Counted from the first letter of the stretch, positions 17,538-27,898 are shown. The stretch: 64,000 nt of DNA from Tannerella sp. (GCA_031276675.1 JAISMO010000114.1:301-64300); one strand, 5' to 3'. Made by a program: numbers and translations. Notes: generated by a model not told the origin, from the letters alone.

Positions 17538-17588
17538 CCGGCGGTCGCCGACCGCCGGCATGGTAGGGGCGAAAAATTTTTCGCCCCT
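17538..17588. repeat. REP-like element family 1 (double hairpin)
   Basis: CCGGCGGTCG-C-CGACCGCCGG (17538..17558) plus the 24-bp perfect palindrome AGGGGCGAAAAATTTTTCGCCCCT (17565..17588). The palindrome and the neighbouring 12-mer GGTCGCCGACCG recur in inverted orientation at 28684..28733. Confidence 0.8.
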
Positions 17589-17642
17589 GCTCCGCATTTT
17601 TTTCATCACTTAACTGTATGGAGGAAAGTATGAATTATTTCG

Positions 17643-17650
17643 TACCTTTG
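17643..17650 (+). promoter_or_regulatory. -7 promoter box TACCTTTG
   Basis: 76 nt upstream of the hisH ATG at 17727. Confidence 0.5.
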
Positions 17651-17726
17651 TCCGCCTGAAAGTCTTCTGTTTTGTACAGTCCGGTACGGGAAAACAGGGA
17701 CGGAAGCATAAAACTTAATGTAACAA

Positions 17727-18320
17727 ATGAATGTGGTGATTATCAAATACAATGCCGGTAATATCCGTTCGGTGGATTACGGTCTTCAGCGACTGGGCAT
17801 CACGCCGGAGATTACCGACGATCCCGAACGGATTCAAAAAGCGGACAGGGTCGTTTTTCCCGGCCAGGGAGAGGCCGGCACAACCGTCCGGTATTTGCGC
17901 AAACATAAACTGGATCAGGTAATCAAAGACCTGAAACAGCCGGTGCTGGGCATTTGTATCGGGATGCAGCTGATGTGTCGCCGTTCGGAAGAAGGCCATG
18001 TTGACTGTCTCGGCATTTTTGACGCGGAGGTGAAACGCTTTGTTCCCCGACAACATGCCGACAAGATTCCGCACATGGGCTGGAACACGCTGCACAGCGT
18101 GCGGGGCGAGTTGTTTACAGCAGCGTTGAACGAGCGTTTTGTGTATTTTGTCCACAGCTATTATGTGCCGGTGACGGACGAGACGGTGGCCGAAACCGAC
18201 TATATCCACCCTTTCAGCGCCGCCATGCGGAAAGCCAATTTCTATGCGGTGCAGTTCCATCCCGAAAAAAGCGGCCGCACAGGTGAACTGATCTTGACGA
18301 ATTTCCTGAATCTTTCGTAG
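17727..18320 (+). CDS. hisH: imidazole glycerol phosphate synthase, glutamine amidotransferase subunit
   Basis: VIIKYNAGNIRSV, GICIGMQL and the GATase triad context; first gene of the hisHAF-IE run. Confidence 0.95.
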   Translation: MNVVIIKYNAGNIRSVDYGLQRLGITPEITDDPERIQKADRVVFPGQGEAGTTVRYLRKHKLDQVIKDLKQPVLGICIGMQLMCRRSEEGHVDCLGIFDAEVKRFVPRQHADKIPHMGWNTLHSVRGELFTAALNERFVYFVHSYYVPVTDETVAETDYIHPFSAAMRKANFYAVQFHPEKSGRTGELILTNFLNLS

Positions 18321-18324
18321 CATA

Positions 18325-19059
18325 ATGATGGAACTGATTCCTGCAATTGATTTGATGGACGGCCAGTGCGTCCGGCTGACGCAAGGGGACTACGGATCGA
18401 AGAAGGTCTACAGCCGGGACCCGCTCGAGGTGGCCAAAGCAATGGAAGATCACGGTTTGCGCCGGCTTCACGTGGTGGACCTGGACGGCGCGCGCGAAGG
18501 ACGCATCGTTAATTACCGTGTATTGGAACGGCTGGCCGCGCGCACGGCGCTGGTGATTGATTTCGGCGGCGGATTGAAACGCGACGGCGATCTGGAAATT
18601 GCCTTCGAGTGCGGGGCGCAGATGATTACAGGCGGCAGCATCGCTGTCAGCGATCCGGAGACGTTTGTTTCGTGGCTGAACCGCTTCGGAAGCCGGAAGG
18701 TCATACTCGGCGCCGACGCGAAGGAGCGACGGATTGCCGTCAACGGCTGGCAGGACACGACCGACTGCGAATTGCTGCCCTTCCTGGAAGCCTGGCACGG
18801 CCGGGGAATTACCCAAACCGTCTGTACCGACATCGGCCGCGACGGGATGCTGCAAGGCCCGGCAACGGCGCTCTACCGCGAAATCCGCGAAGCCCTTCCG
18901 GAAATGTACCTGATTGCCAGTGGCGGCGTCAGTTCGGTCGAAGATCTGGAACAGTTGGAAGCGGCGGGTATTCCTGCCGTGATTTTCGGAAAAGCCCTTT
19001 ACGAAGGACGCATTACCTGGAATGACCTGCTCCGTTTTACGGACAGGCTAAAAGATTGA
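18325..19059 (+). CDS. hisA: ProFAR isomerase
   Basis: [22 protein letters not shown] and SGGVSS motifs. Confidence 0.95.
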   Translation: MMELIPAIDLMDGQCVRLTQGDYGSKKVYSRDPLEVAKAMEDHGLRRLHVVDLDGAREGRIVNYRVLERLAARTALVIDFGGGLKRDGDLEIAFECGAQMITGGSIAVSDPETFVSWLNRFGSRKVILGADAKERRIAVNGWQDTTDCELLPFLEAWHGRGITQTVCTDIGRDGMLQGPATALYREIREALPEMYLIASGGVSSVEDLEQLEAAGIPAVIFGKALYEGRITWNDLLRFTDRLKD

Positions 19060-19064
19060 CAAAC

Positions 19065-19850
19065 ATGCTGGCAAAAAGAATTATTCCCTGTCTGGACGTA
19101 AAAGACGGCACAACCGTTAAAGGCGTCCGTTTCGTCAACTTCCGCGACGCCGGCGATCCGGTGGAATTGGGCGCCGGATACAGCCGCATGGGGGCGGACG
19201 AACTTGTGTATCTTGATATTGTGGCTTCGCACGAAGGACGGAAGACCTTTACGGAACTGGTCAAGCGCGTGGCAGCCAACCTCAACATCCCGTTTACGGT
19301 AGGCGGCGGCATTCATGAATTGTCGGACGTCGAACGGCTGTTGAACGCCGGCGCCGACAAGGTGTCCGTCAATTCCGCCGCGCTTCGCCGGCCGGAACTG
19401 ATCGACGAAATTGCGCGCAACTTCGGCAGCCAGGTGTGCGTCGTTGCCATCGACGCCAATCGGGAACAGGACGGCGACTGGATTTGCTATCTGAACGGAG
19501 GACGCATTGCCACGGAGCGACGCCTGTTTCCGTGGGCGGAAGAAGCGGAAGCCCGCGGCGCCGGCGAGATTCTGTTTACCAGCATGACGCACGACGGCGT
19601 GAAGAACGGTTATGCCAACGACGCGCTGGCCACGCTGGCCGAACGCCTCCACATCCCCGTCATCGCGTCGGGTGGCGCCGGTCAAACCGCTCATTTTTAT
19701 GACGCTTTTACCCTCGGAAAGGCCGATGCCGCTTTGGCCGCCAGCGTGTTTCATTTTGGGGAAATCGACATTCGCCAGCTCAAACGCGAACTCCGGTCCC
19801 GGGGCATTAACGTCAGGCTCGAAGACGACGGCGAACGGTTATCGGATTGA
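19065..19850 (+). CDS. hisF: imidazole glycerol phosphate synthase, cyclase subunit
   Basis: [25 protein letters not shown] and GGGI motifs. The track start at 19056 is a TTG, so the ATG at 19065 is preferred. Confidence 0.95.
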   Translation: MLAKRIIPCLDVKDGTTVKGVRFVNFRDAGDPVELGAGYSRMGADELVYLDIVASHEGRKTFTELVKRVAANLNIPFTVGGGIHELSDVERLLNAGADKVSVNSAALRRPELIDEIARNFGSQVCVVAIDANREQDGDWICYLNGGRIATERRLFPWAEEAEARGAGEILFTSMTHDGVKNGYANDALATLAERLHIPVIASGGAGQTAHFYDAFTLGKADAALAASVFHFGEIDIRQLKRELRSRGINVRLEDDGERLSD

Positions 19851-19860
19851 ATTTTGAATA

Positions 19861-20466
19861 ATGTATATTATGGAACTGGACTTTACTAAATCGGGCGGCC
19901 TGATCCCCGCCATTATTCAGGATGCGCAAACCCGGCAGGTGTTGATGCTGGGCTTCATGAACGAAGAAGCATACCGGAAAACGCTTAAAACAAACAAAGT
20001 GACTTTTTTCAGCCGGACACGGCAATGCCTCTGGACGAAAGGCGAGACAAGCGGACATTTCCTGCACACAGTGCAAATCCTGACGGACTGCGATCAGGAT
20101 ACGCTCCTGATCAAGGTGCGTCCCGACGGCCCGGTATGTCACACTGGTACGGATACCTGTTTTGGCGAAGACAATGCGGCAGGTTTCTTTTTCCTGAACT
20201 ATTTACAGGACTTTATCGACCGCCGGCACAGGGAAATGCCGGAAGGCTCGTATACGACTTCGCTGTTCCGGAAAGGCGTCAACCGCATGGCGCAGAAAGT
20301 CGGCGAGGAAGCGGTGGAGACCGTTATCGAAGCCGTCAACGGCACGGAGGAAGGTTTTCTGTACGAAGCCTCCGATCTGATTTACCACCTGATCGTGTTA
20401 CTCACAAGCAAGGGTTTGCGGTTGGAAGACCTGGCGCGCGAACTGCAAAAGCGACATAAGGAGTAG
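19861..20466 (+). CDS. hisIE: bifunctional phosphoribosyl-AMP cyclohydrolase / phosphoribosyl-ATP pyrophosphatase
   Basis: An N-terminal HisI block (GLIPAIIQD, CHTG..SCF-like CHTGTDTCF) followed by a C-terminal HisE block (EEAVETVIEA, ASDLIYHLIVLL). Confidence 0.93.
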   Translation: MYIMELDFTKSGGLIPAIIQDAQTRQVLMLGFMNEEAYRKTLKTNKVTFFSRTRQCLWTKGETSGHFLHTVQILTDCDQDTLLIKVRPDGPVCHTGTDTCFGEDNAAGFFFLNYLQDFIDRRHREMPEGSYTTSLFRKGVNRMAQKVGEEAVETVIEAVNGTEEGFLYEASDLIYHLIVLLTSKGLRLEDLARELQKRHKE

Positions 20467-20470
20467 CGCT

Positions 20471-21145
20471 GTGGAAAAAGGTTTGTTGCTTCATCTGGAA
20501 AATATCACACTGTGTCAGGACGAGAACATCGTCCTGCAAAACGCTTCGCTGAAGTTGCACAACAATGAATTTGTGTACCTCATCGGGCGTGTGGGTGCGG
20601 GAAAAAGCAGTCTGCTCAAGAGCCTGTACTGCGAAATACCTTTTCGGGAAGGTGCGGCATACCTCATGGGCTACAACCTGCGCAAGATGAAGAACCGGGA
20701 AATACCGTACCTGCGCCGGCAACTGGGCATCGTCTTTCAGGATTTCCAGCTGCTGACCGACCGGACGGTAGTGCGGAATCTGGAATTTGTATTGAAAGCC
20801 ACCGGCTGGAAAAAGCGCAGCCATATTCAGACGCGCATCCGGGAGGTGCTGACTCAGGTCGGGATGCAGAACAAGAGCTACAAAATGCCGCACGAACTGT
20901 CGGGCGGCGAACAGCAGCGCGTAGCCATCGCCCGCGCGCTGCTGAACGATCCCAAACTCATCCTGGCCGACGAGCCGACTGGGAACCTGGACCCCGAAAC
21001 GGGAATGCAAATCGTTCAACTGCTGCACGCCATCTGCAAAAACGGGAAATCCGTCATCATGACTACGCATAACTATACGCTTGTGGGCAACCTTCCGGCG
21101 CGAATCATCCGCTGCGAAAAAGGCGGTTTATATGAATTAAAATGA
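20471..21145 (+). CDS. ftsE: FtsE-like ABC transporter ATP-binding protein
   Basis: GTG start, Walker [10 protein letters not shown], signature LSGGEQQR and Walker B LILADEPT. Confidence 0.8.
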   Translation: MEKGLLLHLENITLCQDENIVLQNASLKLHNNEFVYLIGRVGAGKSSLLKSLYCEIPFREGAAYLMGYNLRKMKNREIPYLRRQLGIVFQDFQLLTDRTVVRNLEFVLKATGWKKRSHIQTRIREVLTQVGMQNKSYKMPHELSGGEQQRVAIARALLNDPKLILADEPTGNLDPETGMQIVQLLHAICKNGKSVIMTTHNYTLVGNLPARIIRCEKGGLYELK

Positions 21146-21180
21146 TTATTGACAGGCTAAAATAACAAAGTAACAGGAAT

Positions 21181-22506
21181 ATGAAAGTTTTAAAGTTTGG
21201 CGGAACTTCCGTCGGGTCGGCGCAGCGCATGAAAGAAGTGGCCCGGTTGATTTGCGACGGTACGCCTAAAATCGTGGTATTGTCGGCCATGTCGGGAACT
21301 ACCAATACACTGGTCGAAATCTCGGACTATCTCTACAGAAAGAATCCCGACGGAGCCAATGAAGTAACCAATAAATTATTACTGAAGTATCTGAAATTGA
21401 TCGACGAACTGTATTGCACGGGAGAATACCGGCAGTCAGCCGGGAAACTGATTTTCGAGCATTTCGATTTCCTCCGTTCGTTCACGAAACAGCTGTTTAC
21501 CGTGTCCGAAGAGAAAATCGTTCTGGCGCAGGGTGAACTGCTTTCGACCGGGCTGATGAACCTGTACTTGCAGGAAACGGGCGTCCGTTCCGTACTGCTT
21601 CCGGCGCTGGACTTCATGCGGATAGACGGGAACGCCGAACCGGAACCGTTTTTTATCAAGGAAAAACTGACGGCGCAGTTGGAAATGTATCCGGATGCAG
21701 AGTTATACCTCACCCAGGGATTTATCTGCCGCAATGCCGGCGGGGCCATCGACAACCTGCAACGCGGCGGCAGCGACTACACCGCTTCGCTCATCGGCGC
21801 TGCCATCCATGCCGAAGAAATTCAAATCTGGACAGACATCGACGGGATGCACAACAACGATCCGCGTTATGTGGAAAAAACACTGCCCGTGCGACAACTG
21901 CACTTTGACGAAGCGGCCGAACTGGCCTATTTCGGCGCCAAAATCCTGCATCCCACCTGCATCCTGCCCGCCAAACTGAACAACATACCCGTCCGCCTGC
22001 TCAACACCATGCAGCCGGACGCCATCGGCACAACCATCTCCAACGAAACCGAGAAAGGGAAAATCAAGGCCGTTGCCGCCAAGGACAACATCACCTCCAT
22101 CAAGATCAAAAGCGGACGAATGTTGCTGGCTACCGGTTTTCTGCGCAAGGTGTTCGAGATTTTCGAAAACTACCGGGTTCCGGTCGACGTCGTCGCCACT
22201 TCGGAAGTCGGCGTGTCGGTGACCATCGACAATTGCAGGCATCTGGACGAAATCGTCAATGACCTCAAAAAATACGGCACGGTAACGGTCGACCGGGAGT
22301 TAACGATCATCTGCGTCGTTGGCGATCTGGAATGGGACAATGTGGGATTTGAATCGCGCATTGTCTATGCGCTGAAAGACATTCCTCTGCGCATGATTTC
22401 CTACGGAGGCAGCAACTACAACGTCTCGCTGCTGGTCAAGGCCTCCGACAAGCAGCAGGCATTACAGGCACTGAGCGACCACCTGTTCAACGGACGGGAT
22501 CATTAA
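21181..22506 (+). CDS. lysC: aspartate kinase
   Basis: MKVLKFGGTSVGS, the kinase core and two C-terminal ACT-like regions. Confidence 0.93.
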   Translation: MKVLKFGGTSVGSAQRMKEVARLICDGTPKIVVLSAMSGTTNTLVEISDYLYRKNPDGANEVTNKLLLKYLKLIDELYCTGEYRQSAGKLIFEHFDFLRSFTKQLFTVSEEKIVLAQGELLSTGLMNLYLQETGVRSVLLPALDFMRIDGNAEPEPFFIKEKLTAQLEMYPDAELYLTQGFICRNAGGAIDNLQRGGSDYTASLIGAAIHAEEIQIWTDIDGMHNNDPRYVEKTLPVRQLHFDEAAELAYFGAKILHPTCILPAKLNNIPVRLLNTMQPDAIGTTISNETEKGKIKAVAAKDNITSIKIKSGRMLLATGFLRKVFEIFENYRVPVDVVATSEVGVSVTIDNCRHLDEIVNDLKKYGTVTVDRELTIICVVGDLEWDNVGFESRIVYALKDIPLRMISYGGSNYNVSLLVKASDKQQALQALSDHLFNGRDH

Positions 22507-22525
22507 TCATTCACACATTACATTC

Positions 22526-23683
22526 ATGACGAAAGGTATTTTTCCCACAGACAGATTCAATGGCCTCCGGACGCCATTCTATTATTACGATATTGAACTG
22601 CTCCGGCAAACGCTGAACGTCGTCGTTGACCGGACGGCCCGCTACGGCTATCATGAACATTACGCCGTCAAGGCCAACGCCAACCCGCGCATTCTTTCCC
22701 TGATTGCCCGGCAGGGGCTGGGCGCGGACTGCGTCAGCGGCGGCGAGGTGCAGGCGGCAGTGGATGCCGGCTTTCCGCCGGACAGGATTTTCTTTGCCGG
22801 CGTGGGCAAAGCCGACTGGGAAATCCTGCTGGGACTGGAACATGACATTGCCTGCTTCAACGTCGAGTCGCTGGCCGAACTGCACGTGATCAACGATCTG
22901 GCCGCCGCACAGGGTAAAACGGCTTCCGTCGCCCTCCGCATCAATCCGAACATCGATGCCCATACCCATGCCAAAATCACTACCGGACTGCAGGAAAACA
23001 AATTCGGCATCACCGCCGGTATGCTCCCCGGCGTGCTGAACGCCATGACGGGAATGAAGCATGTACGCTTTTTCGGCATCCATTTCCATATCGGTTCGCA
23101 AATCACGGACATGTCTGTCTTCCGCGACCTTTGCATTCGTGCCGGCGAATGGCAGGACGAACTGGAAGCGCGCGGGCTGACCGTCGAAAACCTTAACTTC
23201 GGCGGAGGACTGGGCATTGACTATCATCACCCCAATCAGGCGCCCGTCCCCGACTTTGAGAATTTCTTCTCCGTCTTCCATCAGTTAATCCGGCAGCGAC
23301 CGGGACAGCAAATTCACTTCGAACTCGGACGCGCCGTCGTCGGGCAATGCGGTACGCTGATTGCGAAAACACTGTATGTTAAGGAAGGCGAAGCCAAAAA
23401 ATTCGCCATTCTCGACGCCGGTTTCACCGAACTGATTCGTCCGGCCATGTACGACGCCTATCACCGGATCGAAAACCTCACGAGCGACGAAGCCGTGGAA
23501 ACCTATGACGTCGCAGGCCCGATCTGCGAATCGTCCGATGTCTTCGCCAAAGCGCGCGAACTGAACCGCGTGCACCGCAACGATTTGATCGCCATTCGTT
23601 CCGCCGGCGCCTACGGCGAAGTGATGGCCTCGCAATACAACTGTCGCCGCCTGCCGGACGCCTGTTTCTCGGACCTTCTTTAA
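22526..23683 (+). CDS. lysA: diaminopimelate decarboxylase
   Basis: TPFYYYD, YAVKAN (PLP lysine), GGGLGI and GPICES motifs. Confidence 0.95.
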   Translation: MTKGIFPTDRFNGLRTPFYYYDIELLRQTLNVVVDRTARYGYHEHYAVKANANPRILSLIARQGLGADCVSGGEVQAAVDAGFPPDRIFFAGVGKADWEILLGLEHDIACFNVESLAELHVINDLAAAQGKTASVALRINPNIDAHTHAKITTGLQENKFGITAGMLPGVLNAMTGMKHVRFFGIHFHIGSQITDMSVFRDLCIRAGEWQDELEARGLTVENLNFGGGLGIDYHHPNQAPVPDFENFFSVFHQLIRQRPGQQIHFELGRAVVGQCGTLIAKTLYVKEGEAKKFAILDAGFTELIRPAMYDAYHRIENLTSDEAVETYDVAGPICESSDVFAKARELNRVHRNDLIAIRSAGAYGEVMASQYNCRRLPDACFSDLL

Positions 23684-23692
23684 AGCATCCTC

Positions 23693-24259
23693 ATGATACG
23701 GAATGAAAGAAATACCCGTCAGGCATACTTGACGGACGCCGTCCGGCAGATGATGACGGCCGCGCGTACCGCCCCCAAAGGCAAGGGGTTGGATGTGATT
23801 GAAATTGCAACCGTGAGCGGGGATGATATTTCTCTTTTGTCGGCAAAAATAAAGGAACTGGGTGAACAGAACGGCTTGAAATTTTTCCTGCGTGACGCCG
23901 AAAACATTCTTTCGGCCGGCGCGGTCGTACTGATAGGCACTCATCAGCAGACGCACGGGTTGAACTGCGCGCACTGCGGCTTTCCGACCTGCGGAGAAAA
24001 ACCGGAAACGACGCCCTGCGCATTGAACACGGTGGACGTGGGGATTGCCGTCGGTTCGGCCTGTGCAACAGCCGCCGACCTGCGTCTGGACACGCGCGTC
24101 ATGTTTTCCGCCGGCCTGGCTGCACAGCAACTGAACTGGTTAAACGGTTGCCGGACCGTATTTGCGATTCCCGTATCCATCTCATCCAAGAACCCTTTCT
24201 TCGACCGCAAACCGAAAGAACCGGAACAGGCGGCCGCTCCTTCCCCGGCGGAAAGATGA
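23693..24259 (+). CDS. DUF2148 domain-containing (ferredoxin-like) protein
   Basis: TAARTAPKGKG and the LNCAHCGFPTCGEK cysteine motif. Confidence 0.75.
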   Translation: MIRNERNTRQAYLTDAVRQMMTAARTAPKGKGLDVIEIATVSGDDISLLSAKIKELGEQNGLKFFLRDAENILSAGAVVLIGTHQQTHGLNCAHCGFPTCGEKPETTPCALNTVDVGIAVGSACATAADLRLDTRVMFSAGLAAQQLNWLNGCRTVFAIPVSISSKNPFFDRKPKEPEQAAAPSPAER

Positions 24260-24411
24260 AAGCTCCGCATACGGTGCCGTAGCTGCCCATCGGGTACGGT
24301 ACGGATCGGGATTTAAAGCCGTAAAGCGATGAACAGCCTGTCGCCTGTCCTGCTGCTTTTGCCTTTTCCTGTTGACGCTAACGCCTCCCGAAAGAATTAC
24401 CCGATTTTTCA

Positions 24412-24419
24412 TACTTTTG
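24412..24419 (+). promoter_or_regulatory. -7 promoter box TACTTTTG
   Basis: 19 nt upstream of the ATG at 24439. Confidence 0.55.
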
Positions 24420-24438
24420 CACGAAAAGAGAACGGGAT

Positions 24439-24981
24439 ATGAACCCACTGGAATTAATTCACAGATATTATCCGGTTGAATCGCTGCGATACCGGATTTT
24501 GACGGACCACAGCAGGCGTGTAGCCGACAAGGCGCTGTCCATTGCGCGGGCGCATCCGGAGATGCAACTGGACGTCGCGTTTGTCGAAGAGGCGGCCATG
24601 CTGCACGACATAGGGATTTTCCTGTGTCATGCGCCGGAAATCGGATGCCACGGCACGGCCGAATATATCTGCCACGGCTACCTGGGCGCCGAACTGGTAC
24701 GGGCGGCCGGTTATCCGCGTCATGCACGGGTATGCGAACGCCATACCGGTACCGGTCTTTCGTTGGAGATGATCGAACGTCAAAACCTGCCCCTTCCCCG
24801 CCGCGACATGCAGCCACAGTCGCCGGAGGAACAGCTTGTCTGCTTTGCCGATAAGTTTTTCAGCAAAACGAAAGAAGACAGCGAAAAACCGATAGCGCAT
24901 ATCAGAAAGGGACTTGCACGGTACGGCGAAGAAAACGTGACCCGCTTCGACCGCTGGTGTAAACTCTTTTTAGGAGAATAA
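24439..24981 (+). CDS. HD domain-containing phosphohydrolase
   Basis: The LHDIG (HD) motif and ERHTGTG in a 180-aa protein. Confidence 0.85.
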   Translation: MNPLELIHRYYPVESLRYRILTDHSRRVADKALSIARAHPEMQLDVAFVEEAAMLHDIGIFLCHAPEIGCHGTAEYICHGYLGAELVRAAGYPRHARVCERHTGTGLSLEMIERQNLPLPRRDMQPQSPEEQLVCFADKFFSKTKEDSEKPIAHIRKGLARYGEENVTRFDRWCKLFLGE

Positions 24982-25007
24982 AGGCCGTGCAGCTTATTAA
25001 CTTGTGC

Positions 25008-25015
25008 TATTTTTG
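25008..25015 (+). promoter_or_regulatory. -7 promoter box TATTTTTG
   Basis: 24 nt upstream of the ATG at 25040. Confidence 0.55.
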
Positions 25016-25039
25016 CAAACCAATGATACGGAATAAAGC

Positions 25040-27802
25040 ATGTTTTTGAAGCAAAGGGTACTGTGGGCGATCTGCCTGTCTGTCCTGGCGGTAACGGGAG
25101 GCATACAGGCTCAGGAAAATCTCCTGTCCGCAGATACGGCAAACGTTTCGGCAGCCGACGCAGGGCCGGAACGTTTGACGCATACCCGGCCGGATACGCT
25201 GGCAACCGGCCTCCCGGCGGTTCCGGATACGGCCGCCCGCAAGAAGGGAATGCTGGAAGCGCCGGTCGTTTATCAGGCCGGCGATTCCATTGTGATGACC
25301 TCCGACAACAAGGTCTACCTGTATGGACAGGGCGACGTGAAGTATCAGCAGATTCAGTTGCAGTCCGAAATCATTGAGATGAATGTAGACAGCAGCGTGG
25401 TATATGCCACTTATGCGGTGGATTCCACCGGCGCGGAGTTCGGCTATCCGCTTTTTGTGGATGGCGAGCAGCAGATTGAGGCCAAAACAATGCGCTACGG
25501 CTTCAAGTCCCGGAAGGCCTATGCCCGGGAAGTGCTGACCCAGCAGGGGGAAGGGTTCCTGATTGCCGGACAGACGAAAAAAATGCCGGACAATGCCATG
25601 AACATGCTCGACGGAAAATATACCACATGCGACGATCACGACCATCCGCATTTCTACATCCGGATGACCCGGGCCAAGGCGCATCCGGGGAAAAACATCG
25701 TCACAGGGCCGGCTTACCTGGTGATAGAAGACGTGCCGCTCTATCTGCTGGGATTGCCGTTTGCCTTCTTTCCCTTTACCAGCACCTATTCTTCCGGTAT
25801 CATTATGCCGACCTACGGCGACGAGATGCGGCAGGGCTTCTTTCTGCGCGACGGCGGCTATTATTTTGCCCTGAGCGATTATGTCGACCTCTCGGTCACC
25901 GGCGAAATCTATACAAAAGGCTCATGGGGGCTTTCCGCACGTTCCACCTACCGGAAGCGCTACAAGTATTCGGGAAACTTCAACGCCTCCTACCAGGTGA
26001 CCAAGTGGGGCGACAAGGGCATGGACGATTATTCGCTCTCCAAAGCCTTCAAAGTCAACTGGACGCACACCCAGGACGCCAAGGCCAATCCTTACCGCAC
26101 CTTCTCGGCCAACGTGAACTTCTCCACCAGCCAGTACGACCACAACAACATCAGGCAGCAGGCTTCGCTCGACGCCACGCAGAACAACAAGGGATCAAGC
26201 GTAAGCATCAGCCAGCGTTTTCCCGACAACCCGCTCTCCCTCTCGGCCACGATGAACATCAACCAGCGTTCACAGGACTCGTCCCTGTCGGTCACGCTGC
26301 CGGACGTGACGCTGACCATGAGCCGCATCTACCCCCTGAAACGCAAAAATGCCGTCGGACAGGACCGCTGGTACGAAAAGATTTCCATGAGTTATTCCGG
26401 TTACCTGCGCAACAGTCTTACGGCCAAGGAAAACGAGTTCTTCGGGAAAAGCCTTGTCAAGGACTGGAAAAATGCCATGCAGCATACGATTCCCATCAGC
26501 GCCACCTACACGGCATTCGGATACCTGAACATTTCGCCCTCCGTGCAGTATCAGGAACGGTGGTATACAAACCGGATTCACCAGGCCTACGACACGACGC
26601 TTCACCGGCTGGCGCCGACAGATACCTCCTACGGTTTCTATCGCGTATATAACTACAACGCATCGCTGTCGGCCTCGACCACCCTCTACGGGATGTACGA
26701 GTTCTGGCCCGTCTTCCGAAAGTGGATACGGACGGTACGTCACCGGATGGAGCCGTCCGTCAGTTTCAGCGCCACACCCGATTTCGGCGATCCGCGCTAC
26801 GGCTATCACCTGCCCTATACCTATACCGACGCGCAGGGCCGCCCGGTCGAAGGCGTTTACTCGCCCTACCAGCATCAGCTGTTCGGCGTACCCGGACGGG
26901 GAAAACAGGGTAATATCTCCTTCGGCCTGGAAAACAATATCGAAGCCAAGGTGGCCTCGAAAAGAGATTCGTCGGGACTGGCCAAAATCAGCCTGATCGA
27001 CAACCTGTCGCTCCGCATGAGCTATAACCTGGCCGCCGATTCGTTTCAGTGGAGCGACCTCTCGGCCGGGATCCGCCTGAAGCTGAGCAAAAGCTATACC
27101 CTGAACCTCTCCGGCGCGTTTGATACCTATACCTACGCATACGACGAAACCACCGGCGCCGTCCGGCGGGTCAACCTCCCGCGATGGAAAGCCGGCAAGG
27201 GCATCGGACGGCTGAGGGGAACCAGTTCCAGCTTTTCCTACACCTTCAACAATGCCACCTTCACCCAGTGGTTCGGTTCAAAAGACGGTCGGGAGGGAAG
27301 CGAGCCGGACGCCGATCGCCCGGAAGAAGAAGAGGACGAAAGCAATGCCGCCGGACCCGAAGCGCCGGCAGCGGGCACGCGCCTGCGACAGGAAAAAAAA
27401 ACGCAGACGGGCGAATATGACGACGACGGATATTATAACGCGAATGTGCCGTGGAGCCTGTCCTTCAGCTACAACCTGGGCATGGCCTACGGCGCCTTCA
27501 ACCCCAAAAAGCTGGAATACGACTACCGCTTCACGCACGCCCTGAGCTTCAACGGAAATATCCAGCCTACCAAATACTGGCGCATCACCTTCAATGCAAG
27601 CTACGATTTCGAGATGAAAAAGATTTCTTACATGACCTGCAACGTCTCCCGCGATCTGCACTGTTTCCAGATGTCGGCCAGCATCATCCCCGTCGGCTAC
27701 CGGAAATCCTATTCCTTCTCGATCGCTGTCAACTCTTCGCTGCTGAAAGACCTGAAATACCGGCAGAGCAGCAGCTTCCAGAGCGGTCAGACATGGTATT
27801 GA
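25040..27802 (+). CDS. lptD: LptD/OstA-like outer membrane LPS assembly protein
   Basis: 920 aa with a signal peptide, an OstA-like N-terminal region, a long beta-rich aromatic-terminated body and a C-terminal ...SGQTWY. Confidence 0.8.
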   Translation: MFLKQRVLWAICLSVLAVTGGIQAQENLLSADTANVSAADAGPERLTHTRPDTLATGLPAVPDTAARKKGMLEAPVVYQAGDSIVMTSDNKVYLYGQGDVKYQQIQLQSEIIEMNVDSSVVYATYAVDSTGAEFGYPLFVDGEQQIEAKTMRYGFKSRKAYAREVLTQQGEGFLIAGQTKKMPDNAMNMLDGKYTTCDDHDHPHFYIRMTRAKAHPGKNIVTGPAYLVIEDVPLYLLGLPFAFFPFTSTYSSGIIMPTYGDEMRQGFFLRDGGYYFALSDYVDLSVTGEIYTKGSWGLSARSTYRKRYKYSGNFNASYQVTKWGDKGMDDYSLSKAFKVNWTHTQDAKANPYRTFSANVNFSTSQYDHNNIRQQASLDATQNNKGSSVSISQRFPDNPLSLSATMNINQRSQDSSLSVTLPDVTLTMSRIYPLKRKNAVGQDRWYEKISMSYSGYLRNSLTAKENEFFGKSLVKDWKNAMQHTIPISATYTAFGYLNISPSVQYQERWYTNRIHQAYDTTLHRLAPTDTSYGFYRVYNYNASLSASTTLYGMYEFWPVFRKWIRTVRHRMEPSVSFSATPDFGDPRYGYHLPYTYTDAQGRPVEGVYSPYQHQLFGVPGRGKQGNISFGLENNIEAKVASKRDSSGLAKISLIDNLSLRMSYNLAADSFQWSDLSAGIRLKLSKSYTLNLSGAFDTYTYAYDETTGAVRRVNLPRWKAGKGIGRLRGTSSSFSYTFNNATFTQWFGSKDGREGSEPDADRPEEEEDESNAAGPEAPAAGTRLRQEKKTQTGEYDDDGYYNANVPWSLSFSYNLGMAYGAFNPKKLEYDYRFTHALSFNGNIQPTKYWRITFNASYDFEMKKISYMTCNVSRDLHCFQMSASIIPVGYRKSYSFSIAVNSSLLKDLKYRQSSSFQSGQTWY

Positions 27803-27849
27803 TGCATCTCTCCGTTGGTTAAAACCAGTGGCAATGAAATAGAATGGGG

Positions 27850-27898
27850 CTAAAGCCCGTGCGGAACGGTCTGCAATGGCGGCTCGCACGGGCTTTAG
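27850..27898. repeat. 14-bp-stem hairpin downstream of lptD
   Basis: CTAAAGCCCGTGCG (27850..27863) pairs with CGCACGGGCTTTAG (27885..27898) across a 21-nt loop. There is no T-tract. Confidence 0.7.

Noticed and set aside
25627-26652. 341-aa same-strand alternative-frame ORF inside lptD, and similar internal ORFs in other genes.
   Set aside because: The product is Arg/Pro/Gly-rich and lies within a gene whose main frame is clearly the real one. There is no independent start context.
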